Of a DNA stretch of 64,000 nucleotides, positions 15,501 through 24,561 are shown piece after piece (the first letter of the stretch is position 1; each line of letters begins with the position of its first letter). The position numbers and the translations under genes were made by a program. The stretch is from the IMG/VR virus record IMGVR_UViG_3300005282_000001, positions 1 through 64,000 of that record, one strand, 5' to 3'. Source of the DNA: a virus (Duplodnaviria > Caudoviricetes). The notes under the pieces were generated by a model, which saw nothing but the letters and a program-made list of their open reading frames with translations, was not told where the DNA came from and ran no database searches.

Positions 15501-16426
15501 GTACTGAAGATTGCTATGATGTTGAAATGGAAGCTCCTAATCACAACTTTGTTACAGGCGGAGGAATTATAGTATGTAATTGTCACGCTGTAAGTTACTC
15601 AGCAGTTTCCTACATTACTGCTTATCTCAAGACATATTACCCAAGAGAGTACCTGTGTGCTACCTTGAACTCCAAGGATGACCAAAAGAAAATCATACCA
15701 TACGTCAATGAACTCAAGCGTCTTAAGATTCCCTTGTATCCACCAGACTTATCCATAGGAAACCGCAGATGGACATTAGAATCTGATGGTATCCGCGTGG
15801 GACTTGAGTATATCAGCGGAGTTGGCAAGAATCTCAAGACAGAGCATGTGGATACATTTGAATCCGTAGTGGAATCCAACACGAAAACTTGTGTAATCCC
15901 ATGTATCAAAGCAGGTGCCTTAGATTACCTTGGGTTATCACGTGCGGTTATGCTTGCGAAGTTCGCTGGTACACAAGAGAGTCTCAAGAGGGTACAGCAG
16001 TGCCAAGAGAAGATACAGCAGTACACAGGTGACCCTAAGAAGCTTAAGAACCTTCAGCAGTGGCAAGAGAAACTTAAGGATGCTCAAGAGATTCAGCAGG
16101 TCACTCCTGAGAAATACGATGTGACTGCTGGTGAGTGCGAAGTGTTATCCTTTAGTTTTCATGAGATTCCAAAGGTAAAAACTGGTGTAGTTACAAATGT
16201 GTTCACAAAGAATGATAAGAATTCACGAGAAATGGGATGGATTACCTTCAGTACAAACTATGGGGAATTCAGATGTACTGTATTTGCAGACGGATGGGAG
16301 CGTGTGGGTGCTCATGTAAAGCAAGGGGAATCATATAAGTTTGTCGTGAATGACAAGGGGATTCTTGAGGAATTACAAGTGGATGGTAAGGTAATCAAAG
16401 TAAACGAAAGAAGGTACAAGAGATGA
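12563..16426 (+). CDS. dnaE: DNA polymerase III alpha subunit (family C), intein-containing
   Basis: PHP HCHTDQSLLDG, GRGSASGS, DIDSD, KLDILGL, FNR/CHA split by an intein. Confidence 0.95.
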   Translation: MSYCSLHCHTDQSLLDGYETIQELVGRAKELGYPAVGLSDHGTMRGVVKFYKECQAAGVKPIVGCEFYFCPDVTIKSKNYHLLLFAMDNTGYMNLKLLDSFAYREENFHNRPRIDEDILREHSEGIVCLTACMASIVNTEVGEEWLLKFKDIFGDRLFAEIQPLNLEKQQVYNGKVVELARKHGVPLVVTTDAHYARKEDEKYHQAWTMIHGFRYDDYENYLWSEEEIRSTSWIPKDTIEEAIGNTQRIADMCNVTIEVEGNHFPKYPVENAVEKVKEICRENFRELVPQGKYKEYGERFHDELRVLEKLDYLNYMLIVWDLMEWCKNNSIPTGYGRGSASGSLVGYLMRLHKIDPIKYGVEFFRFANEFRKTTADIDSDVSRRHRGEIIEYVKKRYGTVTKVQTLGYTKNPEKNDVGKAAVLKAVQSLGEFEKESTGEKEAFIWTRKKAMVITKNLQESLEEILTIPSEFTQEQREELLDIATHFLGRVVMTGCHASAVVVTPDAIENYCPVEGAKVRDASTGETTYTSMAGYEYHTVEEMGLMKLDILGLNTLDIIDDAVKYIKEFQGIDVDIDKIIFDDPKVFAEYAAGETTGFFQMESSGMRKLAKDMNVSSFKDTSALVALFRPGPLGSGMAQQYVDGKNGVEIKYPNEAMKKHTEETFGVLVYQEQIMKVAMDMCGWDLGQADTLRKIIGRKEVTKINEITEQFIVDSVKNGEDESVAKKVAEQIKSAGNYVFNRCLSGRETIKRQTMNGRFMSIGEIYKTMYDKQWAKENGHADLHSKYKRNGYGGGLSMIDGKILPNKIVDIRYTGEMEVYLVTTETGKKLRCTMNHKIPTPNGIKQLSEISVGELLYVDGGYDASKNNYNLYSELMPVNAEVGHAGFTNRPNGNSVKFADARYFMKNMMAPCERCGKISGYKAGFELHHIDKDRENNSNENLMWLCNGCHKKEHYANGRTKRGEKGHLLATESIVSIEYECTEDCYDVEMEAPNHNFVTGGGIIVCNCHAVSYSAVSYITAYLKTYYPREYLCATLNSKDDQKKIIPYVNELKRLKIPLYPPDLSIGNRRWTLESDGIRVGLEYISGVGKNLKTEHVDTFESVVESNTKTCVIPCIKAGALDYLGLSRAVMLAKFAGTQESLKRVQQCQEKIQQYTGDPKKLKNLQQWQEKLKDAQEIQQVTPEKYDVTAGECEVLSFSFHEIPKVKTGVVTNVFTKNDKNSREMGWITFSTNYGEFRCTVFADGWERVGAHVKQGESYKFVVNDKGILEELQVDGKVIKVNERRYKR
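14786..15580 (+). mobile_element. Intein (265 aa) with HNH endonuclease in DnaE
   Basis: Starts CLSGRETI after VFNR; block B CTMNHKI; CERC...HHIDKDRENN...LCNGCHKKEH; ends NHNFV...IIVCN before +1 Cys. Confidence 0.92.
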
Positions 16427-17100
16427 AATTTAAGGTTGGCGATGGAATTCGTATGGTAGAAAAGTACTGCGCAGCAGACAAAGGGATGATTGGAGAGATT
16501 AGAGGTGAATATGATGGATACAATGAGTATTGTGTATTCTTTCCACAGATGCTTAAGAAAAGCTATGGACACGATTGCGATGGAGTGACTCCCGAGGGCG
16601 GCGGATACTACATTCCAGAGGATTGCATGGAGTTACTAGAGGAAACGCAAGAACAACCTTTAATACCAGTTGTTTCACTAGTGTCCCAGTTATCCCCTAT
16701 TATACGCTTTGAATCACAGCAGCAACTTGAGGAATCACTTGCGGAATGGCAGAGCAGACTGTTGTTATCTGACTGGCTTATCATGGTAAAACTAGTTAAT
16801 CCAGAGGAACTTGAGAAAGATGGAAAACTTATGGCTGGATTCAACAATTCTGAAGAAGTTCTTATGTCATCTGAGATATCAATTGCGGACGGCGAGTTTC
16901 CCAATAGTGTAACCAAGGCGTGTGCAGAGGAAACTTTGATACATGAGTTGTTACATTTGAAATTACCAATGTTTATCGTTGATGGATCTATTGAATCCTG
17001 CATGTATAATGATGGAGTTCATGCGACCATTGAGCAGCTCGCAAAGAGTCTATTGATGGCTAAGTATAACTTAAGTCTCTCATGGTTCAAAAACTTTTAA
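16423..17100 (+). CDS. Two-domain protein: SH3/KOW-like N-terminus plus HExxH metallopeptidase-like domain
   Basis: N-terminal 70 aa nearly duplicated in ORF 17912; LIHELLH. Confidence 0.7.
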   Translation: MKFKVGDGIRMVEKYCAADKGMIGEIRGEYDGYNEYCVFFPQMLKKSYGHDCDGVTPEGGGYYIPEDCMELLEETQEQPLIPVVSLVSQLSPIIRFESQQQLEESLAEWQSRLLLSDWLIMVKLVNPEELEKDGKLMAGFNNSEEVLMSSEISIADGEFPNSVTKACAEETLIHELLHLKLPMFIVDGSIESCMYNDGVHATIEQLAKSLLMAKYNLSLSWFKNF

Positions 17101-17108
17101 GAAATCGC

Positions 17109-17138
17109 TTGACAGTCGCAAGAAACCTGTGGTACACT
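17109..17138 (+). promoter_or_regulatory. Promoter for the SSB gene
   Basis: TTGACA-18 bp-TACACT with extended -10 TG. Confidence 0.7.
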
Positions 17139-17243
17139 AAGGAAGTCGAAAGGATGTGTTGTGGATGTCACGAGCGAGTCCGTGAGTGTTCATAGGATAA
17201 ACTAAAGAAAACTAAAAAATACAAAAGATGGAGTGATGTATAC

Positions 17244-17816
17244 ATGGCAAATATCAAAGGTGTAGCAAAATGGCCAAAACTTGGAATTCCTAAGGACAAC
17301 TATGATGAGTACAACAACAATGGCAAGAAAAACTATACAGTAGACTTGTATGTTACTGACGATGAACTTACGAAATTCGAGAGTCAGTACCAAGCAGCAT
17401 ACGATACTATTGAAACGAATCCTAAGTATCAAAAGAATGGCAATCCACAAGAGTATCCTAAAGAAATGCTGTACACACCTACAAGAGTTGATAAGGACGG
17501 TAAGAAGTTCATTAAATTCACCACTAAAGCATTCACAGACGATGGCGAACAGAAAACATTTCCATTGTTCGACTCTAAACTCGTGCCACTTGATAAACAA
17601 ATGGCTAACGGGAGTGTCGTACAGGTAAACTATTCGCTCGCTGGTGTCCGTAACAATGTTAAAAATGCTGGGGTATGCGCATATATGAACGCGATTTGCG
17701 TAGACAAACTTGTGGAATTCGGTAGCAAAGGTACACCAGATTCCTTTGGATTCGATGTGGAAGCCCCAGCGGATTCCTATGGATTCAGTGGTACTGAAGA
17801 AGAGAACCCAATCTGA
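17244..17816 (+). CDS. T7 gp2.5-like single-stranded DNA-binding protein
   Basis: KGVAKWPKL, GSVVQVNYSL, AYMNAICVDKLVEFG, acidic C-terminal tail; location in the replication module. Confidence 0.75.
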   Translation: MANIKGVAKWPKLGIPKDNYDEYNNNGKKNYTVDLYVTDDELTKFESQYQAAYDTIETNPKYQKNGNPQEYPKEMLYTPTRVDKDGKKFIKFTTKAFTDDGEQKTFPLFDSKLVPLDKQMANGSVVQVNYSLAGVRNNVKNAGVCAYMNAICVDKLVEFGSKGTPDSFGFDVEAPADSYGFSGTEEENPI

Positions 17817-17819
17817 TAC

Positions 17820-17843
17820 ATGGGAGTACATTTGTATTCCCAT
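17820..17843 (+). terminator. Hairpin right after the SSB stop (terminator or stabiliser)
   Basis: ATGGGAGTAC-ATTT-GTATTCCCAT; short U tail. Confidence 0.45.
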
Positions 17844-17864
17844 TGGGTGACAAAAGAAAACAAG

Positions 17865-17904
17865 CGGTTACGCAAGACGTAACGGACGACTGAAAGGAGT
17901 AGGG
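17865..17904 (+). repeat. Double-hairpin/RBS element, copy 7
   Basis: CG-GTTACGC-AAG-ACGTAAC-GGA-CGACTGAAAGGAG-TAGGG. Confidence 0.85.
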
Positions 17905-17911
17905 TAAACAA

Positions 17912-19000
17912 ATGAAATTCAAGAAAAATGATAATATTTGCATGGTAAAAACATATGATGCAGCAGATGAAGGAATGATAGGAGAAATTAGAGGATACAA
18001 AAACAGTACTAAAGAGTATTGCGTGTTCTTCTCAGAAATGCTTAGGGGTGGCTATGGTCACAGATGTGGCGGGGTGATTCCTGAAGGTGGTGGACATTAC
18101 ATCCCAGAGGATTACATGGAGTTACCCATGACATTCCCACAGAAACTTGAGAAGTTCAAAAGAGAACGTGTGGGATTCCATGTGGATACCAAAGAGATTG
18201 CTGATGAGTTACAAAAGGTATTCGATAAGGGAAAACTTAAGATGCATAAAGATGTAACAAAAAGAGCATGGGAAACATTTGGGAACACAGGGAAACTATA
18301 CGTTTCTTATAACTACTTCAATTATCCTAGGGTTGGCTTTGGATTATGTAATAGGACTGGAGTGAACCTCGACGAAATACTGCCGATTACCCTAGAGGAA
18401 CTCAAGGAATACAATGGCCACCAGCAGACTACCATCACAATTACTTCCGATGGATACCATAGAGTTACCGCAGAATCCAATGGTAAAACAGCAGAAGCCT
18501 TATGTAATCCAACGGATACATTTGATTTGGCTGAAGGAGCTAAGTTGGCAACCCAGCGGTTAACTGAGGAAGAACCTAAGAAAGCAGATAAATTACCTAA
18601 GTTTTCCGTTGGAGACACTGTAGAGGTTATCAATGGTGGGCCAAATAATACTCCCGTGGAATCCAAAGGGATGCGAGGAAAAGTTACTTTGGCAGACAGT
18701 GAATATATCAGAGTTAGATTTGATAAACCAATGAGCAACTCATATGTGACGATAACTGATTTCTCATATTATCCTCAGGACCTCAAGTTAGTTCCCAAGG
18801 ATGAACCTATGTTTCACAAAGGTGATCTTGTGGAAGTCATCGGAGAAAGTTCTCATACGAAGGGTTCAATCGGACTACAAGGGGTTGTTATGGAAGACGA
18901 TGCCTTTCCATTTGTTACATTAGTGACCAAGGTAAACGGGAGTAATTGTTGGTCATATCGTCAGGGAAATCTTAAGCTTATCCGTAGAGCTAACGACTGA
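17912..19000 (+). CDS. Modular protein with repeated SH3/KOW-like domains
   Basis: FSVGDTVEVI and FHKGDLVEVI repeats; shares blocks with ORFs 16423 and 20014. Confidence 0.75.
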   Translation: MKFKKNDNICMVKTYDAADEGMIGEIRGYKNSTKEYCVFFSEMLRGGYGHRCGGVIPEGGGHYIPEDYMELPMTFPQKLEKFKRERVGFHVDTKEIADELQKVFDKGKLKMHKDVTKRAWETFGNTGKLYVSYNYFNYPRVGFGLCNRTGVNLDEILPITLEELKEYNGHQQTTITITSDGYHRVTAESNGKTAEALCNPTDTFDLAEGAKLATQRLTEEEPKKADKLPKFSVGDTVEVINGGPNNTPVESKGMRGKVTLADSEYIRVRFDKPMSNSYVTITDFSYYPQDLKLVPKDEPMFHKGDLVEVIGESSHTKGSIGLQGVVMEDDAFPFVTLVTKVNGSNCWSYRQGNLKLIRRAND

Positions 19001-19038
19001 GGTTCACTGGAAAACTTCTGATATCTTTTCTGCTTCCC

Positions 19039-19449
19039 ATGAGTACTCTGGGGCACACGTATTATGACTTAGGACCAATCATAAGCTACCCTACTGAAAT
19101 ACGCTCAGAGACGCTTGTAGGAACTGTAGAAGAAACTGATGCTGCACAAGATAAGTACCATAAATATAGAGAAGTAGCTATGGAGGTTTCTTATTATACA
19201 AATAACGATGAAGGAATGGATGGACGTGGGATAACAGCGATGGGAACAATGACAACTCAGGGACGAACTATAGCTATGTCTACTCAGTATGAACTAGGGA
19301 CACGAATAATTATTGATGGACACGAATATGTTAATGAAGATACAGGCTCCTATATTGTAGGCAACAGAGTAGATATATATGTGGAAGATAAAGAGACCGC
19401 TTATAGACTTGGGAGAGTTACAAAAATAGTTAAAGTGGAGAGCGATTAA
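19039..19449 (+). CDS. 3D-domain (cell-wall-associated) protein
   Basis: MEVSYYT...ITAMG...RTIAM...LGTRIII.G..Y..EDTG..I.GNRVDIY; start may be CTG 18997. Confidence 0.8.
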   Translation: MSTLGHTYYDLGPIISYPTEIRSETLVGTVEETDAAQDKYHKYREVAMEVSYYTNNDEGMDGRGITAMGTMTTQGRTIAMSTQYELGTRIIIDGHEYVNEDTGSYIVGNRVDIYVEDKETAYRLGRVTKIVKVESD

Positions 19450-19450
19450 C

Positions 19451-19942
19451 ATGGGAAAGTTAAAAGATTTAACTGGAATCAAGATTAACAGACTAACAGT
19501 ATTAAAAAGAGTGGAAAACGATATAAATAATAATACAAGATGGCTATGTAAATGTGACTGTGGAAATGAAGTAGTTGTAATCGGCGATAACCTTAGAAGG
19601 GGTACTACAAAGTCGTGCGGATGTTACAATAGAGAAGTTGTGTCAAAAGCTAGGTATAAACATGGGCACAGTGACCCTAGTAATAAAACATATAATAGCT
19701 GGAGAGCAATGATCCAAAGGTGTGACAATCCGAAGAACAATAGGTTTTTTGCATATGGCGGAAGAGGAATAAGAGTTTGCCAAGAATGGTATGAGTTTGA
19801 GAACTTCTTGGCAGATATGGGAGAAAGGTCTGACGGTAAGTCTATTGATCGTATTAATGTTGATTTGAATTATTGCAAAAGCAACTGTAAATGGTCAACT
19901 CCTAAGGAACAAGCTAATAATAGAAGAAATTCAAAAAGATAA
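19451..19942 (+). mobile_element. Free-standing HNH-like homing endonuclease gene
   Basis: LCKCDCG..SCGC, YGGRGIRVC, SIDRINVDLNYCKSNCKW. Confidence 0.85.
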
Positions 19943-20024
19943 TCGCATAGATATTTATATGGAAAACAAAAGAGATGCTGATGAATTCGGCAGAAAATAT
20001 ATGGAGGTGTCTTATGACATTCGC
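19941..20024 (+). pseudogene. Orphan duplicate of the 3D-domain C-terminus
   Basis: Reads NRIDIYMENKRDADEFGRKYMEV versus NRVDIYVEDKETAYRLGRVTKIV at the end of ORF 19039. Confidence 0.7.
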
Positions 20025-20940
20025 TGATAAACTAAAGAAATTCAAAAGTGAACGTGTGGGGTTCAAGGTAGAAACTGAGGAAATCGCTAAGGGGTTGGCT
20101 GAGGTATTTCAGATGGAGGGATTATTATCATCCATCGGTCTTTCTCCAGTCGAACTAATGAATGTTGCGTGGGAAGAATACAGTAATGATGACCTATGGG
20201 TAGCTGCTAATTATCCTGGAGATACTGTGGAATTGTCTTATGGTACCTGTAAAAAATCTGGAAAGTATCTCGACAGTATCCTATCTGTTACTTCTCAAGA
20301 ACTCCAGCGATATCTTAAGATTCGCAAGGGAATCCAAGAGAATCCAGAAGTATACTTCCCAACGCCCACAAAAGAAATTTATGATGAGCTAATGAATACG
20401 CTGGATAGCCTGGGGTGCCTGTGGATGTGCGGAGAAAAACCTATGGAGTACAATGGGTTCACTAGTGATCATAAGATTTGCGTAAGGTACTCAACAGATA
20501 TCATGATAGATGGTTATGATGCTGGCAAAGACAATATCATCAGTCTTACCTCAGAACCCCCTACGCCATCCCAAACGATTACAATTGTATCTGATGGATA
20601 TCACAAGGTAACAGCAGAATCCAATGGAATTACCGCAGAAGCTACATGCTGCCCAACAGATACGTTTAGTATCACTAAGGGAACTCATATGGCATTGCAG
20701 AGATTACTTGAGAAACAGAAGAAAGCTGAAGAGAAGCCTAAGTTTAACAGAGGGGATATTGTAGAGGTAATCGTTGGGGGATTAGATGGGACTCCTAGTG
20801 CTACCACAGGGTTACAGGGGAAAGTTATGCAGACATCTATATTTCCAGAAGTGTTGTTCCCGATTACCATTGGAGCTAGAAACTTCTGGGCTTTCCGTCA
20901 AGATGTTCTCAAGCTTATCCGTAGAAAACCATGCAAGTAA
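20014..20940 (+). CDS. Modular protein, paralog of ORF 17912
   Basis: GGAGGT SD at the corrected start; shared blocks KFK.ERVGF, TITI.SDGYH.VTAESNG, PKF..GD.VEVI. Confidence 0.75.
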   Translation: MTFADKLKKFKSERVGFKVETEEIAKGLAEVFQMEGLLSSIGLSPVELMNVAWEEYSNDDLWVAANYPGDTVELSYGTCKKSGKYLDSILSVTSQELQRYLKIRKGIQENPEVYFPTPTKEIYDELMNTLDSLGCLWMCGEKPMEYNGFTSDHKICVRYSTDIMIDGYDAGKDNIISLTSEPPTPSQTITIVSDGYHKVTAESNGITAEATCCPTDTFSITKGTHMALQRLLEKQKKAEEKPKFNRGDIVEVIVGGLDGTPSATTGLQGKVMQTSIFPEVLFPITIGARNFWAFRQDVLKLIRRKPCK

Positions 20941-21269
20941 CCCCAGAATCCTTAAGAACTCTAAAGCAATCACAGCAGGTGCAAAAGACTACATTGTTAT
21001 TCTTTGAGAAAGCAGCGGAAAAACCAGCGTTTATACATGGGAAACCTACGAGCGGATTCTTTGCAGTTCGCTCGTTTTTCTCAAAGCAAACACTGGAATC
21101 TCTGCACCTTATCTTTGATTATCTATGGGAACTTAAGGAAAAACAAACGATGACCATGAGTGATTGCTTTGAGAACGCAAGGAAATACCAAGAGGAACTA
21201 CGGTGGGATAACAAGAGTGGAATAACAGTAGCTTATGAAGACTATAGAAAATTACTGGAGGATATGTGA
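20931..21269 (+). CDS. Hypothetical protein
   Basis: ORF track; lies in the operon direction. Confidence 0.6.
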   Translation: MQVTPESLRTLKQSQQVQKTTLLFFEKAAEKPAFIHGKPTSGFFAVRSFFSKQTLESLHLIFDYLWELKEKQTMTMSDCFENARKYQEELRWDNKSGITVAYEDYRKLLEDM

Positions 21270-22135
21270 TGGAATTTGAAAAGTATATGCATGTGGAACG
21301 CTTAGGGAAAGAAGATGTCGAAGGGATTACCAGTGGAACATGTTATGTATTTCCTAAGATTGACGGGACTAATGGGCAGATTTACATGGATAACGGTGAG
21401 TTACACTTTGGATCACGCAAGAGAGAATTAAGTATTACAAGTGATAACGCTGGATTCATGAATACTCTTAAGGATGACAGCAGATATGTAGAGTATTTTA
21501 ATAAGTATCCAGAGAGACGCTTGTATGGCGAGTGGTTAGTACCACATACTATCAAAGGTTATTCCGATAATGCATGGAGAAAATTCTATGTATTCGATGT
21601 GGAATCAGAAGGGAAACTATTGGCATACAATGAGTATGTAGAGTCACTTAAGGAACTTGAGATAGACTATGTTCCTGTGCAGGTCATCCTAGAAAACCCT
21701 ACAGATGAACAATTGAAAAAGCAAATGGAATCTAATGAGTTCCTTATGGACACTGGAATTGGCGAAGGAATTGTTGTGAAAAATTATGAATTCCATAACA
21801 AGTATGGGAATCAAGTATGGGGCAAAATGATTTCTGCTGAATTTAAGGTTAAACATAAGTTACCAAGCAATTCTGAGGTAGTACCTATTGAATTTACATT
21901 TGTTGAACAGCTGTGTACTGAAGCGTTTGTTCAAAAGGAATTCGCTAAGGTTTGCATTGATGAACCATGGGAACAGAAGAAAATCCCTATGTTAATTTCT
22001 AAGGTATTTCATGAGTTAATCAATGAGGAACTATGGGATTTCTTAAAGAAGCATAAGAATCCAACGATTAACTTTAGAGTTCTGCAAGGTGCTGTGGTCG
22101 ATAAGATTAAACTTAGTTTACCACAAGTATTCTAA
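21266..22135 (+). CDS. ATP-dependent RNA ligase (Rnl2-like nucleotidyltransferase)
   Basis: Motif I PKIDGTN, III LYGEW, IIIa FYVFDV, IV EGIVVK, V GKMIS. Confidence 0.75.
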   Translation: MMEFEKYMHVERLGKEDVEGITSGTCYVFPKIDGTNGQIYMDNGELHFGSRKRELSITSDNAGFMNTLKDDSRYVEYFNKYPERRLYGEWLVPHTIKGYSDNAWRKFYVFDVESEGKLLAYNEYVESLKELEIDYVPVQVILENPTDEQLKKQMESNEFLMDTGIGEGIVVKNYEFHNKYGNQVWGKMISAEFKVKHKLPSNSEVVPIEFTFVEQLCTEAFVQKEFAKVCIDEPWEQKKIPMLISKVFHELINEELWDFLKKHKNPTINFRVLQGAVVDKIKLSLPQVF

Positions 22136-22148
22136 GGGAGGTGATTAG

Positions 22149-24161
22149 GTGTCAGTAGTAAGTACATTGAAATCCCGTGATTTATATGAATTCATCCAAG
22201 GGAAATATCCACAGGATGAATTCGTGAGATTCTCAGATGGAACATATAGATCCTCATGTGCAATCCACGGGGGAACCAATGAGAGTTCATTTGCAATATT
22301 CCCAGATAACTCATGGTATTGCTTTAGTTGTAACGCTGGTGGAAACATCATAGATTACCTTATGGAACGTGAGAATCTATCATATTCTGGTGCAATACAG
22401 CAGTTGTGCCAAGAGTATTCCATTGATTTATCACAAGATTCAACATTTGCACAACAACAGAGCATCGCACAGAAGTACGAAGGATGGTGCAGGACCTATG
22501 AGAAGGATGTAGCGAAATGCGAAGAATATCTCATGAAGAAACGTGGGTTAACTAAAGAGACAATTCAGCAGTTTCGCCTAGGTTGGTCCGATAGAAGTCA
22601 TGCGATAACCATACCAATGTTCGATGTAAATTCAAGAGAAATCTGTGCATATGGCTATAGATTCTTTGAGGGCAAAGCGAAATACAAGAATACTAATAAT
22701 ATTCCTGGTGTATTTACCAAAGGTGAATATCTGTATAACCTTGATAAATGCTTAGGACTTATGAGGAAACAAAAGAAGCTCTATGTATGCGAAGGACACT
22801 TTGATTCAATCGCAGGAATACAGATGGGATATCCAACGGTTGCATACTGCGGTATTTCCTTAAGTAAGAATCATATAGAGTCCATAAGAATGCATACGAA
22901 CAGAGTTGATGGATTCCAAGTGATTATCATACCAGATAACGATGGGAAAGCCTCAAAATTTGTCACAAGAGCTCGTGAGTTATTTCAGAAGCATTATCCA
23001 CAGGCATCTGTAAAGGTGCTTGAGATTAACGACGGTGAACTGAAGGATACTAATGATATTCTATTGGCTGGCAAGACATTCGCTGATTTCCCTGTATATG
23101 ACATTGACATCTATTGTGCTCGTGAGATTATCAAGGATCATCCAGATGATATCCAAGCGCAACAAAAGAAAATCGAAAGTTATGCCAAGACAATTACCAA
23201 TCCACTTACTAAGGCTGACCTTGCGGAATTACTTTCGGAAACATGGGGAAAATCAGCAGATGTCGTCAAGGAGTTTTTAAGAGTTTCTGATGTGAATACC
23301 GAAGATGAACTCATGAGCGACTTGAGTGATATTAATGAGTGCTTCAGGGCTTTTGATGAATCATTAGATGAAGAAGAGATTACCTTTGGATATCCTACGC
23401 TTGACGCTAATGTTACCATGAGGAGATCATGGGTTACTGTGCTGGGAGCCTATAGCTTCTCAGGAAAAAGTCATATGTTAGTCGATTGGGTGCTCCATTG
23501 GACTATCCGGTTACACAAGAGGGTTCTGCTGTTTTCTCTTGAGATGACCAAAAGTGATATCCTTGAGGTTATCATAGCGAAAGTTATGAAGATTCCTCAG
23601 TATACCGTGAAGGACTTCTGTAAGACTAAGGATGGCTCTAAGGTATTTTCTGATGTATCCGATAAGATTGGCAAGTACCTCTATGTAGTCGATAAGAACT
23701 CCTTAAGTATCACAGATATCGACAAGTATGTACAGATATTCAACTTGAGGAATCCAGATGAACCTCTTGACATTGTTGCGGTGGATTACTTTGGATACCT
23801 AGCGCACTGTGATACTTTTGAGGAACAGTCGAGTACCGCAAGGAAAATGAAGGAGATTGCTAAGAAGAACAACATTGCATTTGTCATGTTATCGCAGTTC
23901 AACAAGGAGTCTCAAAAGGGTAACATGGAACCTACACAGAATGCACTCAAGGGCGCAGGTGACATTGGGGCATCTGCGGATATCATAATACTCATATGGA
24001 GACCTGTGATATCCAATCCACCCGAAAGTGAAATCGATAGAGAAGCCATAAAGTATCTTACGAAACTAAAGGTTGTTAAGGCTCGCAAGGGACTCAAGAA
24101 TAACCAAGATAGACTAGAGTTGACATATGATCCACAAACGAGTAGACTAGAGGAGAGATAG
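22149..24161 (+). CDS. Bifunctional primase-helicase
   Basis: Zn finger C.IHGG...CFSC; TOPRIM CEGHFD and PDND; DnaB-like GKS, SLEMT, VDYFG, LSQFN, ADII. Confidence 0.92.
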   Translation: MSVVSTLKSRDLYEFIQGKYPQDEFVRFSDGTYRSSCAIHGGTNESSFAIFPDNSWYCFSCNAGGNIIDYLMERENLSYSGAIQQLCQEYSIDLSQDSTFAQQQSIAQKYEGWCRTYEKDVAKCEEYLMKKRGLTKETIQQFRLGWSDRSHAITIPMFDVNSREICAYGYRFFEGKAKYKNTNNIPGVFTKGEYLYNLDKCLGLMRKQKKLYVCEGHFDSIAGIQMGYPTVAYCGISLSKNHIESIRMHTNRVDGFQVIIIPDNDGKASKFVTRARELFQKHYPQASVKVLEINDGELKDTNDILLAGKTFADFPVYDIDIYCAREIIKDHPDDIQAQQKKIESYAKTITNPLTKADLAELLSETWGKSADVVKEFLRVSDVNTEDELMSDLSDINECFRAFDESLDEEEITFGYPTLDANVTMRRSWVTVLGAYSFSGKSHMLVDWVLHWTIRLHKRVLLFSLEMTKSDILEVIIAKVMKIPQYTVKDFCKTKDGSKVFSDVSDKIGKYLYVVDKNSLSITDIDKYVQIFNLRNPDEPLDIVAVDYFGYLAHCDTFEEQSSTARKMKEIAKKNNIAFVMLSQFNKESQKGNMEPTQNALKGAGDIGASADIIILIWRPVISNPPESEIDREAIKYLTKLKVVKARKGLKNNQDRLELTYDPQTSRLEER

Positions 24162-24163
24162 AG

Positions 24164-24349
24164 ATGAGTTATTTTATATCATTTAGATATGACAAAGGTA
24201 AAGCAGATGGATTCGGTAGGGTTATTTTAGATAACTGCACTGACCCCAATGAAAACACTAGTAAATTCTTAGGTGAGGCAGAAAGATATATCGAAGATAC
24301 CGGTGGATATACAAATGTAATCATTATCAACTACAAAAGAGCATACTAA
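24164..24349 (+). CDS. Hypothetical protein
   Basis: ORF track; GAGGAG SD. Confidence 0.6.
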   Translation: MSYFISFRYDKGKADGFGRVILDNCTDPNENTSKFLGEAERYIEDTGGYTNVIIINYKRAY

Positions 24350-24369
24350 AGAATACTGGAGGTTATATA

Positions 24370-24561
24370 ATGGGACATAAGGAAATCTTAGAAACACTCA
24401 AGTTAATCCAGCAGGGTTCAACGGTATTCACAAGAAATCAAAATAAAGCCATAGAAGCCATGTGGCGCAGAGGGTTACTATGGAAAGATGTGGGTACTGG
24501 GGAGTTACATGTGAGTGACAAAGGGAAAGAAGTTATGAGAGAACTGGAGGGAATGATGTAA
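24370..24561 (+). CDS. Hypothetical protein
   Basis: ORF track; GGAGG SD. Confidence 0.65.
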   Translation: MGHKEILETLKLIQQGSTVFTRNQNKAIEAMWRRGLLWKDVGTGELHVSDKGKEVMRELEGMM

